Shown: positions 29,384-39,131, counted from the first letter of the stretch. The stretch is DNA of 64,000 bases from Candidatus Poribacteria bacterium (GCA_965205015.1 OZ242029.1:3072001-3136000); one strand, 5' to 3'. The notes: generated by a model from the sequence alone, not told the origin. Translations and numbers: made by a program.

Positions 29384-31015
29384 TTATTGTGCAGGATCCA
29401 CATTCGGGTCTACATTTGGATCCACATTCGGGTCTACATTTGGATCCGCATTCGGGTCTACATTGGGATTGGTTTGACCCGGAGGTAACACGACATCGCC
29501 TACCATCTTCACACAACGAAAACCGGTGCCGTGTAACGTGGTCTCCGGTGCATAGTTAACGCGAAAGGCGACCCGCAGGAGTATCCATGGACCGGCACTG
29601 TTACCGCCACGCACAACGCGGTTCGACTTTACATTTGTATAGTTATCTATGATTCGGTTTGCATTTGACAACGTATGCACATCACTCAACGGATTCCGAC
29701 GCGGAGACGAAGAATAGAATTTCCCGTCATACGCATCCAAACACCATTCCGAAACGTTGCCACTCATATCATACAGACCATAACCGTTTGCTGAATAACT
29801 CCCGACTGCCCGCGTGTCCCTTGGTGGAGGCACAAAGTCACCAAAGTTCGCCTGATCTCTGGATATCGTGTTCCCCCACGGAAACTCCAACCCTGACTTG
29901 CCGCCACGCGCCGCTTTTTCCCATTCCGCCTCTGTTGGTAAACGCTTACCCGCCCACTTGGCGTATGCCATCGCCGCATACCACGATACAAAGTGCACAG
30001 GATGGCTCGCTTTACCTGCCGGATATTCGTTGCCATTCCAGTGCTTCAGGTAATCCCCATCGTGGAATGACGCGGGAATACGATCCTTCTGCCACTGTGG
30101 GTTGGCAAGCACAAACTTTTGGTAATCCAGATTCGTCACCTCGTGTGTGTCCATATAGAACGCATCTACATGCACCGTATGAACCGGATGTTCATCCCGC
30201 CCTACAGCGAGGGTATCCGCGTCCTCATCCTCCTCACTCCCCATCTCAAATTCACCTGCGGGGATGATCACCATGCCTTCAGGGGCAGACGGTGGTTGTG
30301 GCCCAGTCGGCTGTGGCACATTCGATTGTGCCTCGGGAGTCACCGACACAGATGGCGTCGTCGTCCCGACCGTTTCACCGAGGTGTTGTGCGACCACCAC
30401 CAAGTCTAAAACGTTCACCGTCCCATCCGCGTTGATATCCGCACTCGCAGTGCGGCTTCCCAGATTCCGTGCCACCACCACCAGATCCAGCACGTTCACT
30501 TGACCGTCCCCGTTGGTGTCCCATCTCGCGCCTCGCTCAACAACGCTGCCGTTTCTCACCGACACTCTGAGCGCGTTGGCGTTACTATCCGAGAGGATCA
30601 CGCCTGTTAACTGAAGCGTCGACTTTTTGACAGCGACCACTCGAAATGTTATGCTCGCGAGCGTGCCGCTGCTGGCGCGTGCCACCCCCGATACTGAGGT
30701 GCCTGTAACTGTCACCCTCCCACCCGAGACTTTGGGGGGCGCGAAAAACGCACCCGTCGGCAGGTAACTCCCATTGCTACCTGAAACATACCGCAGTGCA
30801 CTCGTATCGAAATTCACACCTACCTCGTAGCCAGCAACGTTCCGACCGTTGCTGATGTGTAGACGGATCGTGAGTTGCTGCCCGACACCGGGGGAAGGGC
30901 TCTCGGCAGGGTCTACGGAGACCACGGCTTGCCCGTAACTGAGCCCGGTTAGCCCAAAACAGAGCAGGACAGTGAGGCAGCTGAAAAATAGGTTCATCTT
31001 CAATAAAGTTTTCAT
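29384..31015 (-). CDS. Secreted cohesin + dockerin + FGE-sulfatase (SUMF1) domain protein with (VDPN)n tail
   Basis: FDTSALRYVS..G.YL cohesin; DTNGDGQVN/DINADGTVN; IPAGEFEMG, RLPTEAEWEKAARGG, GLYDMSGNVSEW, GFRC. Confidence 0.9.
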   Translation of the reverse strand: MKTLLKMNLFFSCLTVLLCFGLTGLSYGQAVVSVDPAESPSPGVGQQLTIRLHISNGRNVAGYEVGVNFDTSALRYVSGSNGSYLPTGAFFAPPKVSGGRVTVTGTSVSGVARASSGTLASITFRVVAVKKSTLQLTGVILSDSNANALRVSVRNGSVVERGARWDTNGDGQVNVLDLVVVARNLGSRTASADINADGTVNVLDLVVVAQHLGETVGTTTPSVSVTPEAQSNVPQPTGPQPPSAPEGMVIIPAGEFEMGSEEDEDADTLAVGRDEHPVHTVHVDAFYMDTHEVTNLDYQKFVLANPQWQKDRIPASFHDGDYLKHWNGNEYPAGKASHPVHFVSWYAAMAYAKWAGKRLPTEAEWEKAARGGKSGLEFPWGNTISRDQANFGDFVPPPRDTRAVGSYSANGYGLYDMSGNVSEWCLDAYDGKFYSSSPRRNPLSDVHTLSNANRIIDNYTNVKSNRVVRGGNSAGPWILLRVAFRVNYAPETTLHGTGFRCVKMVGDVVLPPGQTNPNVDPNADPNVDPNVDPNVDPNVDPAQ

Positions 31016-31028
31016 GGATTCTCTCCTT

Positions 31029-31409
31029 TTATTTCACGATGAGCATTCTACCGGTAGCGGTAAACTCGCCAGCGGTGAGCGTGTAGAAATACAGACCGCT
31101 CGCAACGCGTTCCCCGAAATCGTTTCGACTGTCCCAATAGGCGGCGCGTCCCTTGCGGTGATAACTCCCCGCAGCTTGATGGCCTAAGGTTAACGTCCGG
31201 ACGAGTTGCCCGTCGGCACCATAGATCGTCAGCGTCACATCCGCAGCCTTTGCCAATTGATAGGGTATCCACGTCTCCGGGTTGAACGGATTCGGATAGT
31301 TCCCAAGGAGCGAGGTTTGCTCGGCAGCGAGCATTTCCACAGTGCCATCCAGACGCGTGTCCGTCCATCTGACTGCCAACGCCGTCGGTGTAGCATCGGA
31401 GAGAATCAC
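31029..31409 (-). pseudogene. Orphan NYPNPFNP domain fused to a cohesin tail; probably a truncated gene
   Basis: No signal peptide; ILSDATPTAL resembles cohesin ILSDSNANAL; DPNVDPNIDP remnant at ~31510-31545. Confidence 0.6.
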
Positions 31410-31670
31410 ATCTGTGAGGTGAACCCCGAAGGGTGTGAGTGCCAGTACTTCAGACGGTGCCTGCGGGGAGCGGTGCCACGGTTTCCTGTTCCGGTGTCCC
31501 AGGTTTCTTATTGGGATCGATATTCGGGTCTACATTCGGATCAGTAGATACAAGTTATGATGTCCGAGGGCCATCGGTTGCGACTTTGGTATTCTGGGGC
31601 AGACCTCGTTGGTACCACATCCGCCCCCGAAATATATCTACGCCCGTCTTCTCACATTACCTTAAATTAC

Positions 31671-31686
31671 AGCAAAATGCGTGCCA
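31671..31686 (-). promoter_or_regulatory. sigma54 -24/-12 promoter facing the secreted-protein cluster
   Basis: TGGCACGCATTTTGCT matches TGGCACG-N4-TTGCW; sigma54 activator 2 kb away. Confidence 0.75.
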
Positions 31687-32122
31687 ATCTGTGTTGACCG
31701 TAGCACGCGTTGTGAAATGGGAATACCCGAAGAAAATCGGACAGACTGCAGAGTTTATGCCACAAAGGCGCAGCACGCCTCTGTCCTATAGCGAACACGA
31801 CTGCCGTATCCTATCGGGAGGGAAGTACGGAAGGGAGGTGAGAGCGGTATGTGCAAAAATTGTATAGACAAAAATTGTCCATGCGCAAAAATTGCTTAAG
31901 GTCTCGGAGTGTGTAAATATAGTAGATTTTGGAATCACTTATACGTAGGACTTACGCGCGTATCCCTAAAACCGATAAGTTTCCGCTTGCTTTGAAAAAA
32001 AGCAAAAAACTGGACAATAAAACGAGATAAAGGTATACTTAAAAATGGACGACAGACCCGTGAACGAAAAACTGAAGTACCCGTTTTTTCACGCACCTCA
32101 CGCAAAACACGGAGGGGAATCC

Positions 32123-33718
32123 ATGAGGACTTTCGGCACACAGGGCCCCGTTCATCCTCACGATAACTATACTGTTGTACGTGCTAAGGAGACCCTTGAT
32201 TTCATAGAGCGCATCAAAAATGGAAAATATATCGTTATCTTCGCGCCCCGACAGACTGGAAAAACAACTTTCTTCCGAGCTGCGCTTGCCACACTTACAA
32301 TTGAGGACCCCTCTTATTTCCCGATTCAACTGGATTTCCAAATCCAACGCAATGCTGCGCCCGCTGCGTTTTACACGCAGTTCGCTTATATGATTCGCAG
32401 GCAAATCGAATTCGTTTTCCAAAAACGAGGGGACGCACTTCCTGAGACGCTCGCGCAATTCTTGGAAAGCGTCCGCCTCACAGATGCCTTTTCGATGACA
32501 GCGTTCTTTGAACAATTAAGCGGTTTATTAGGACACTATCGAGTTGTCCTCTTCATTGACGAGTTTGACGGCATTCCTCAGGGAATTGTGAGTGATTTCC
32601 TATACGCACTCCGTTATATCTACCTCTCTGAAACATGTCACTGCCCGCATAGTGTTGGTATCGTAGGTGTAAAAAATATCAGACAACTTAACTATGATGA
32701 CTCTATTTCGCCCTTCAATATCCAAGATGAGTTTGTTGTCCCGAACTTTACCCTCAAACAGATCCAGGAACTCTTTGATCAGTATACGGAGGCGGTTGGA
32801 CAACACTTCACATCAGAGGTGCTTGAGACATTACACAGACAGACAGCTGGGCAGCCATTTCTGGTCAACCGCGCTGCGCAGATTCTGACGGCCGAACTCA
32901 ACATTCCCAAAACCGAGACGATTACGCTGGAACACTTCTCAAAAGCACACACACAACTCCTTGAGGAAGGGAACCCCCACATAAGTCATCTACTGACAAA
33001 TATCCGTAGAGACCGCAGATTTGAGAGCGTCCTGATGCGGATCGCATCGTACGAGAGAGGACTCCCTTTCAATCCGGATGACGAAATCATAGACGCGCTT
33101 GCGATGTATGGTGTAATTTCAAAGGGTGCTGACGGGATGTGTGAAATCGCGAACCCGATCTATCAACATCGCATTCTACGCGTATTTAAACCCCTGTTTA
33201 ATGGACTGGAAACTGAATACTTCTCTGAAGATAACGGGGATGATTTCATCGATTACCTGCCTCCCGACGGCGTGATTGAAATACGGGCACTCCTTGACAA
33301 TTTCCAAGATTTCATTGCACGAGCGGGTTTCCGTATTTTGCAAGTACCGGATACCCCGCAAGAGTACGTCGGTCAGCATCTACTTTACGCCTATCTGGAT
33401 ACCTTTATCCGGATCATAGGCGGCGATATGTTTCTTGAAGTCCAAACCGGGCGCGGCAGAATGGATCTCCTCCTCCTACACAATCGGCGAAAATATATCG
33501 TTGAAACAAAAATATGGGAAGGCGATAGGTTGTATCAGAAGGGAAAGCAGCAACTGGCGGCATATCTTAAATTAGAAGGGGAGACGCAGGGATATTACGT
33601 CGTGTTTGACCATCGTCAAAAACCTGAACCGCGTGTAGAAAGCGAAACTGTAGCAGGTGTGAACATTCGAAGTTATGTCATTCCGGTCATCCAACCTGTC
33701 CCTTCAAATACTACTTGA
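32123..33718 (+). CDS. AAA ATPase with PD-(D/E)XK-like domain, paralog 2
   Basis: MRTFGTQG after GGAGG; same motifs as 14698-16290. Confidence 0.8.
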   Translation: MRTFGTQGPVHPHDNYTVVRAKETLDFIERIKNGKYIVIFAPRQTGKTTFFRAALATLTIEDPSYFPIQLDFQIQRNAAPAAFYTQFAYMIRRQIEFVFQKRGDALPETLAQFLESVRLTDAFSMTAFFEQLSGLLGHYRVVLFIDEFDGIPQGIVSDFLYALRYIYLSETCHCPHSVGIVGVKNIRQLNYDDSISPFNIQDEFVVPNFTLKQIQELFDQYTEAVGQHFTSEVLETLHRQTAGQPFLVNRAAQILTAELNIPKTETITLEHFSKAHTQLLEEGNPHISHLLTNIRRDRRFESVLMRIASYERGLPFNPDDEIIDALAMYGVISKGADGMCEIANPIYQHRILRVFKPLFNGLETEYFSEDNGDDFIDYLPPDGVIEIRALLDNFQDFIARAGFRILQVPDTPQEYVGQHLLYAYLDTFIRIIGGDMFLEVQTGRGRMDLLLLHNRRKYIVETKIWEGDRLYQKGKQQLAAYLKLEGETQGYYVVFDHRQKPEPRVESETVAGVNIRSYVIPVIQPVPSNTT

Positions 33719-33789
33719 TGCATCGCCTACACAACGGTGATACAGGTGGGAACTGAACGGGAGTTTGACAAATAAGTATAGGTCATATT

Positions 33790-34938
33790 ATGCAAAACGG
33801 ATCACGTCCTATTCTTCTGCAATCAGCGCAGATGCGACAGATTTATCAACAGGCGCAGCAGGTGGCACCGACAAACGCGACTGTGCTGATTACGGGTGAA
33901 ACGGGGGTCGGTAAAGAGATCATCGCGCAGGACATCCATGACACGAGCGCGCGACACTATAGACCTTTCAGAGTCGTCAACTGCAGTGCGTTTCCTGAGA
34001 ACGGGCTGCTCCAGAGTGAACTCTTCGGTCACGAGGAAGGGGCGTTCACGGGAGCAACGGCACAGCGGATAGGGATGTTTGAACAGGCAAACGGGGGGAC
34101 ACTCTTCCTTGATGAGATCGGTGAAATGCCTTTTGAAGTGCAGTCTATGTTCCTTCGCGTTTTAGAAATCCAAGTGTTTACGCGGCTCGGTGGCAACCAA
34201 AACATTGAAACGGATGTCCGCATTGTCGCCGCTACGAACAAAGACCTCGCAGCAGCGGTCGAAAACGGCACGTTCCGGCACGACCTCTACTACCGGCTCA
34301 GCGGATTCCATATCCATATCCCACCCTTACACGAACGGCGCGAAGACATTCCGCCGCTGGTCGCGGCGTTTATCTCGGAATTAAGCGCGGCACACGGGAA
34401 ACACGTTGCCGGGATCACGGCAGAGGCGCTTCAATATCTGACAGATGCAGCGTGGCCTGGCAATATCCGGCAACTCAAAAATACGGTGAACAGAGCGATT
34501 ATCACGACACAAACACGTGAGTTAGGCGTTGGAGATTTGCCCGCGGAGATTGTGCTCGTCCCGCAGTCAACGGGTTCGGAAACGTCATCAGCAAACGTCC
34601 GAAGCATGTTGCCTGTGGAGGTGCGTCAGATTCTGGAGCGGCTCTCTGTGGTAGAGTTCATCTCGATTTTCGGGGGCATACCGATGGTTGTCTGGCAGCG
34701 GCTTCCCGCAAAGATACAGGATCGGGTTACCCGTGAAGCCGCCTTCACGTTAGCGGAACTTTTGGGGGGGCTGCAAGATACGATTCATATAGCAGGCAAG
34801 GATCGTCACCAAATTCTGACAGCGGTCGGTCGCCAGCGGGTCGAGGAATATGGGAACTACTCACAGGCGGCAAAGACATTAGGGATAGACCGGCGGACGT
34901 TGAAGACCTATCTGGGAGACGATGATGTGAGCGGATAG
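33790..34938 (+). CDS. sigma54-dependent enhancer-binding protein lacking an N-terminal sensor
   Basis: [44 protein letters not shown]; [15 protein letters not shown]. Confidence 0.92.
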   Translation: MQNGSRPILLQSAQMRQIYQQAQQVAPTNATVLITGETGVGKEIIAQDIHDTSARHYRPFRVVNCSAFPENGLLQSELFGHEEGAFTGATAQRIGMFEQANGGTLFLDEIGEMPFEVQSMFLRVLEIQVFTRLGGNQNIETDVRIVAATNKDLAAAVENGTFRHDLYYRLSGFHIHIPPLHERREDIPPLVAAFISELSAAHGKHVAGITAEALQYLTDAAWPGNIRQLKNTVNRAIITTQTRELGVGDLPAEIVLVPQSTGSETSSANVRSMLPVEVRQILERLSVVEFISIFGGIPMVVWQRLPAKIQDRVTREAAFTLAELLGGLQDTIHIAGKDRHQILTAVGRQRVEEYGNYSQAAKTLGIDRRTLKTYLGDDDVSG

Positions 34939-34963
34939 GGGCACCTCCGTTGGAGGTGCCCCT
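34938..34963. terminator. Hairpin between convergent genes
   Basis: GGGGCACCTCC-gtt-GGAGGTGCCCC. Confidence 0.65.
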
Positions 34964-34978
34964 AAAAACTGTGTGTCT

Positions 34979-35404
34979 CTAAACACGGAAACTCTTCTCG
35001 ATATTTGATCGGAGACGGGCGATGATGTCTCCGGCTAATTCCTCAGAGGGTTCAGCATTTTCTGCGTCTGTGAGCGCAGCGATGACGCTCTCGAGGTCTT
35101 TCCGTTCTTCTGACTGGAAAGACTTTTGCGTCCCCATAATGTCGCTAATTTGGGGTAGGACGTAAGCCCTGAAGCACGGGGTTGCCCATTTGAGTTCGTC
35201 AGCGATTCCGTTGAGTTCCTCGACGCGCGTCTCTAATTCGGTCTCCAACTCTTTCAGGCCATTCTGGTGAGCAGTGTGGGCATTGGCAGCTTCCCGCGCT
35301 TCCAGGAGCTGACTCTCAAGGGCGACCAATTTTCTCACCTTATCCACAATGGCATCTGCTCGTTTTTGTGCTTCCAACATTTCGCGTTCAGTCATCTCAG
35401 TCAT
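34979..35404 (-). CDS. Hypothetical coiled-coil protein
   Basis: AAGGAG RBS; helical acidic ORF. Confidence 0.7.
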   Translation of the reverse strand: MTEMTEREMLEAQKRADAIVDKVRKLVALESQLLEAREAANAHTAHQNGLKELETELETRVEELNGIADELKWATPCFRAYVLPQISDIMGTQKSFQSEERKDLESVIAALTDAENAEPSEELAGDIIARLRSNIEKSFRV

Positions 35405-35781
35405 ACATTCTCTCCTTTTTAGATGTTGACATTAACGTGTGGGTCTAACCTCAGAAGGATCATGGATGCATTTTCGGGTTAACACCCACCGGACAAAGTC
35501 CACTTCGCACAGCAGTTTTAGTATTCTGGGGCAGACATCAAACAGTGGCACTTCAAACATTTGAGGTTAACGTTACTGCAAACGGGTTGCAAAAACGTTG
35601 CATTTTTTTCGATTTAAGAATAATTACAGTTATAATACGCCAATTTTCATTTTACTCCCAATTAAAATTATAAAAGCCTAAATCTAACTATTAAAGTCTA
35701 CGATATTTTCAGGGAAAAAACAAATTATGTCCACAAAAATTGTTAATTTTCCGTGGAAGGTACGTTATCCTTTAGAATGCT

Positions 35782-37683
35782 TCAATCGAGACGGCGATAG
35801 ACGCGGAGTTCTGGATGTGCAAGGGCTCGCATCGGGAACGGGGCACCGCTATCGGATATGAGTTCGATACCGAAGAAGGTTGATGGGCATCGGAATGTTT
35901 TGTATAGCGCATACGGACTTCCGTCCCCTAAGACCCGCGTGTAAAACGCGAGTGTCTCCCCGAATTCAATCTCGCTGAGAGGGTACCAATCCGCATCTTG
36001 ATAACGGTGCGGAGCCTTTTGGTACTTTTGAAACACTTCAAGATCTGGCAGAACGATAAGCACCCATCTCACCTTTTCATCTGTTACTACGAAATCTAAA
36101 TCTGGGAGTAGCCAGTTGAATAGGGGCTCTGGTGCAATAGCAATAGAATCCTCTTGAGGAATGTGAGCGGCTATCCAATTGGATGCTGCAATCTTCGTGG
36201 GTTGCGATAACTGGATAGCGGCAAAGGAAAGGGTGTAAATTAGTGAGTAAAGCACTACAGCACCCCCCAAAACTATACCTAACCGTTTCCCAAATGTGTT
36301 AAACCGTTCAGTGAAACGTAGAAAATTCACAGCTTGGCGTGGGCGTCCGAACGCTAACAGTGTTGCCACAATGCTCGGAAAGCGTGTGAGCGCGGCAGCT
36401 GCGAGCACAGTGAGTGCCGGATAGAGGATCAGGAGGTGGCGGGCGAACTTAACTTTATGTATCCCGATGAATAGTAGATACGGAATGACGAAGGATAGTA
36501 AGAGGATGGATTGGAGGGTTGGAAGATTGGCAGATGTTGGATTGGAGGGTTGGAAGGTTGGAAGGTTGGGAGATTTTTGGTTGGAAGGTTGGAAGGTTGA
36601 AAGGTTGGGAGATTTTTGGTTGGAAGGTTGGGAGATTTTTGGTTGGAAGGTTGGAAGGTTGGGAGATTTTTGGTTGGAAGGTTGGAAGGTTGGAAGGTTG
36701 GGGTCCGTATCCTTCCCTTTTTCCGTTCTTCCGGTCCCTTGCTGATTGCTGCCTGCTTTAGGCGGCACAAACGCGCACAAAATCCCTAAACCGACAAGGA
36801 GGGCAAGCGGTAAACCCATGCCCCATTTCAGGAGCGTCCATAGGTAGGTGAACCGATGTAGCAATCCAGCGTCTGCCGTGGCGATGAGACCGAAGTGCCC
36901 GCGGTGATAATGTGTGGCTTCGTACCAGAAATCCTGAAAGAAAAGATTCCACTCCGGTGAAACCACGTCGATGAGCCAATAAGGGCAGAGGACCGTAAAG
37001 GTTAATACGGAAATACCGATAAGGGTTGCTAATTTTTTATAAAAGTTTTCACGCCTAATGAAGACCAGGAGAGAAAAGCTTACAAAGACGGTTGTAAATT
37101 TAACCGCGAAACCGACCCCTGCGATGATACCGAGCCATACCACCGTTTGAAATGTCGGCGCGACTGAAGAAGATCGCACCCGTATCACGAGCCAAAGGAA
37201 TACAGTCACACAGAAAGTCGCCGGGATGTCAACAAGTGCAAAACGCGATTCATTCGTGACATGTAACATCGCAACGGCGAGCAATCCTGCGGCAATCTGA
37301 CCGATACGTTTGCTGTAACACTGAACGCCGAGGCGATAGGTGAACCACAGTGTCGCTGTAGATAACAGAACGTTAAGGCAGCGTGCCAGTAGGATGACAC
37401 GGGCTTCCGTTAGCTGCAAACCCGCAAGCGATAGTAATTTGCCTATCCCAGCAATAACGTAAAACCATGCTGTTCCGGGCCAATTGTAGATTTCAGGGGG
37501 TGCCGTGAAGTGGATGAGATTCAGCACATCTCGTGCGATGAGCATTTCACGGGGGTCGGGAGCATCAGGTAAGCCGATGTTTATGCCGATGAGTCGGAAA
37601 CTGAAGCCGCTGATGAGAATTGCAGATATAACAAAACGACTCGGCAAACGGAAATAGTTTCTCACGGCGAGCGGTACTCTCAT
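35782..37683 (-). CDS. GT-C (ArnT/PMT-like) membrane glycosyltransferase with internal repeat insertion
   Basis: Many TM segments; SRFALVD, GFAVKF; PTFQPSN repeats in a loop; start 37683 or 37734. Confidence 0.75.
   Translation of the reverse strand: MRVPLAVRNYFRLPSRFVISAILISGFSFRLIGINIGLPDAPDPREMLIARDVLNLIHFTAPPEIYNWPGTAWFYVIAGIGKLLSLAGLQLTEARVILLARCLNVLLSTATLWFTYRLGVQCYSKRIGQIAAGLLAVAMLHVTNESRFALVDIPATFCVTVFLWLVIRVRSSSVAPTFQTVVWLGIIAGVGFAVKFTTVFVSFSLLVFIRRENFYKKLATLIGISVLTFTVLCPYWLIDVVSPEWNLFFQDFWYEATHYHRGHFGLIATADAGLLHRFTYLWTLLKWGMGLPLALLVGLGILCAFVPPKAGSNQQGTGRTEKGKDTDPNLPTFQPSNQKSPNLPTFQPKISQPSNQKSPNLSTFQPSNQKSPNLPTFQPSNPTSANLPTLQSILLLSFVIPYLLFIGIHKVKFARHLLILYPALTVLAAAALTRFPSIVATLLAFGRPRQAVNFLRFTERFNTFGKRLGIVLGGAVVLYSLIYTLSFAAIQLSQPTKIAASNWIAAHIPQEDSIAIAPEPLFNWLLPDLDFVVTDEKVRWVLIVLPDLEVFQKYQKAPHRYQDADWYPLSEIEFGETLAFYTRVLGDGSPYALYKTFRCPSTFFGIELISDSGAPFPMRALAHPELRVYRRLD
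36504..36700. repeat. TTGGAAGG octamer-based tandem repeat inside CDS
   Basis: (GGTTGGAA)n interspersed with GGGAGATTTTT; same unit at 5330-5420 and 10460-10520. Confidence 0.9.
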
Positions 37684-37720
37684 TTTTAGAAAAGGAAAAA
37701 TTAAAAATAGTCCAAAACCT

Positions 37721-37834
37721 GTAGCCCGTAACATTGTCCCGTAAGCCTATAGAGGCTTGCGCAAGGAGGGCGGATTTAAGAACACGGATGCTAAAGTTCA
37801 AACCCACGTCATTTAACCGCAAGGAATCATTAAA
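37721..37834 (+). repeat. GTAGC...CCGCAAGG element, copy 2 (antisense to genes, preceded by an extra 3' end at 37692-37706)
   Basis: GTAGCCCGTAAC...GGAGGGCGGATTTAAG...AACCGCAAGGAATCATTAAA. Confidence 0.75.
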
Positions 37835-38357
37835 GAATGTCCAGTTTTTCGAAGATACATCGCCAACGGTGCAGATGGTTTTCACCCGCGTAAACAGGAA
37901 CAAATCCCAGGTTGAGATAATTTTTGATGGCGGGAAGTCGAAAATCGTCTGTGTCTAACATGACGGACGCCACACGTCGCGCTTTGAAGTAGTGCAGGAG
38001 AAACACCGTTAGCCATTTGCCGAGTTTATGTCCGGTGTGTTCGGGAAGCACGGCGAGCATGTCAATGTAACCAATCGGTTTGCCATGAAGGGATTCCTTC
38101 CACGCACACGCTGTACCGATAGGACTATCTTTGTAAATGACGAAACAGAAGCCATCTGAATCGAAATTCGGTTGGCTAATAACGTTGGCGTGGGTGTCTT
38201 GAGCGGTTCTTCCTTGGTCCACGAAGGCTTTGTCCATTATTCGCGCCCAATGTATTTCGTCGCCTTGTCGATAGGTGCGGATATGATATCCGTCAGGACA
38301 CTGGAGCGTCGGTAGATTTTCCAAGCTGTGGCGAGCCATTTTGAGTTGATCTTCCAT
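37830..38357 (-). CDS. GNAT N-acetyltransferase
   Basis: LAVLPEHTGHKLG; LDTDDFRLPAIKNYLNLGF. Confidence 0.88.
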   Translation of the reverse strand: MEDQLKMARHSLENLPTLQCPDGYHIRTYRQGDEIHWARIMDKAFVDQGRTAQDTHANVISQPNFDSDGFCFVIYKDSPIGTACAWKESLHGKPIGYIDMLAVLPEHTGHKLGKWLTVFLLHYFKARRVASVMLDTDDFRLPAIKNYLNLGFVPVYAGENHLHRWRCIFEKLDIL

Positions 38358-38364
38358 GCCATTT

Positions 38365-38961
38365 CTAACGTGAAACTTTCACCCACAGTTCCTCAGGAAG
38401 TGTTTCTCTGACGTTCTCGATTTGCGCTGACATAGCGGGCAGTCCCAATTTCTCAAAAAGCTGCTGCCAGCGTTCTCTCTGCCCCTCTTCGACGTAAACA
38501 GGGATGAATCCTAAATTTAGGTAGGTTTTGACGGCAGGGATACGGAAATCGTCGGTATCCAGCATTGCGCATTTGAATCCGTTGTCGCGGAAGTAGGTGA
38601 GAACGGCGAGCGAGACCCATTTTCCGAGTTTGTGTCCGGTGTGTTCAGCGACAACGCCTACCATGTGGACATATCCGACCTCTTTCTCATCTACGGAGTC
38701 CCGCCATGCGCAGGCAGTGCCAACGGGGTTATCCCGATGTGTTGCGAAATAGAAGCCTTCAGGAATGAATACATCTCTGCCGGTAATTTCATTCCGCGTA
38801 TCTTGGGGGGTGCGTTTCCTACCTCCGAACGAATCGCTAATGATATGTGCCCAATGCACCTCGTCTCCCTCGCGATAGGTTCGCATGCCGTAGCCTGATG
38901 GGAGTTGCAGTGCAGGTAAATCTTCTAAATTGGGGCGCACCATTCTGAGCTGTCGTGCCAT
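38365..38961 (-). CDS. GNAT N-acetyltransferase (tandem paralog)
   Basis: VGVVAEHTGHKLG; LDTDDFRIPAVKTYLNLGF. Confidence 0.88.
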   Translation of the reverse strand: MARQLRMVRPNLEDLPALQLPSGYGMRTYREGDEVHWAHIISDSFGGRKRTPQDTRNEITGRDVFIPEGFYFATHRDNPVGTACAWRDSVDEKEVGYVHMVGVVAEHTGHKLGKWVSLAVLTYFRDNGFKCAMLDTDDFRIPAVKTYLNLGFIPVYVEEGQRERWQQLFEKLGLPAMSAQIENVRETLPEELWVKVSR

Positions 38962-38962
38962 C

Positions 38963-39046
38963 TTTTAATTATACCTTGCGGTTCGTTCAGGTGAATTAGT
39001 TAAATAACGGTGTCTGATGTATATCCGCGCCGTTGTTGCGGGCTAC
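38963..39046 (-). repeat. GTAGC...CCGCAAGG element, copy 3
   Basis: Ends CCGCAAGGTATAATTAAAAG, followed directly by the GNAT ATG. Confidence 0.8.
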
Positions 39047-39131
39047 GGTTTTTGTATGATATCATTTCCGCAATTATACCATACCTCAAAAATTGGTGCA
39101 AAACCTTTGCAATATTTTTCAAAAATGTTAT

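Noticed and set aside
22707-29947. Diversity-generating retroelement (FGE/CLec target plus template repeat)
   Set aside because: The copy differs at only about one position, lacks the C-terminal segment that would be the variable region, and no reverse transcriptase is in the window.
19027-31409. Calling the CTD proteins proven T9SS substrates
   Set aside because: No T9SS machinery is visible in the window; the domain similarity alone is insufficient.
36429-36770. Alternative-frame ORFs (WKVGRLEG, PSNLPT)
   Set aside because: Products of the octamer repeat within the glycosyltransferase.
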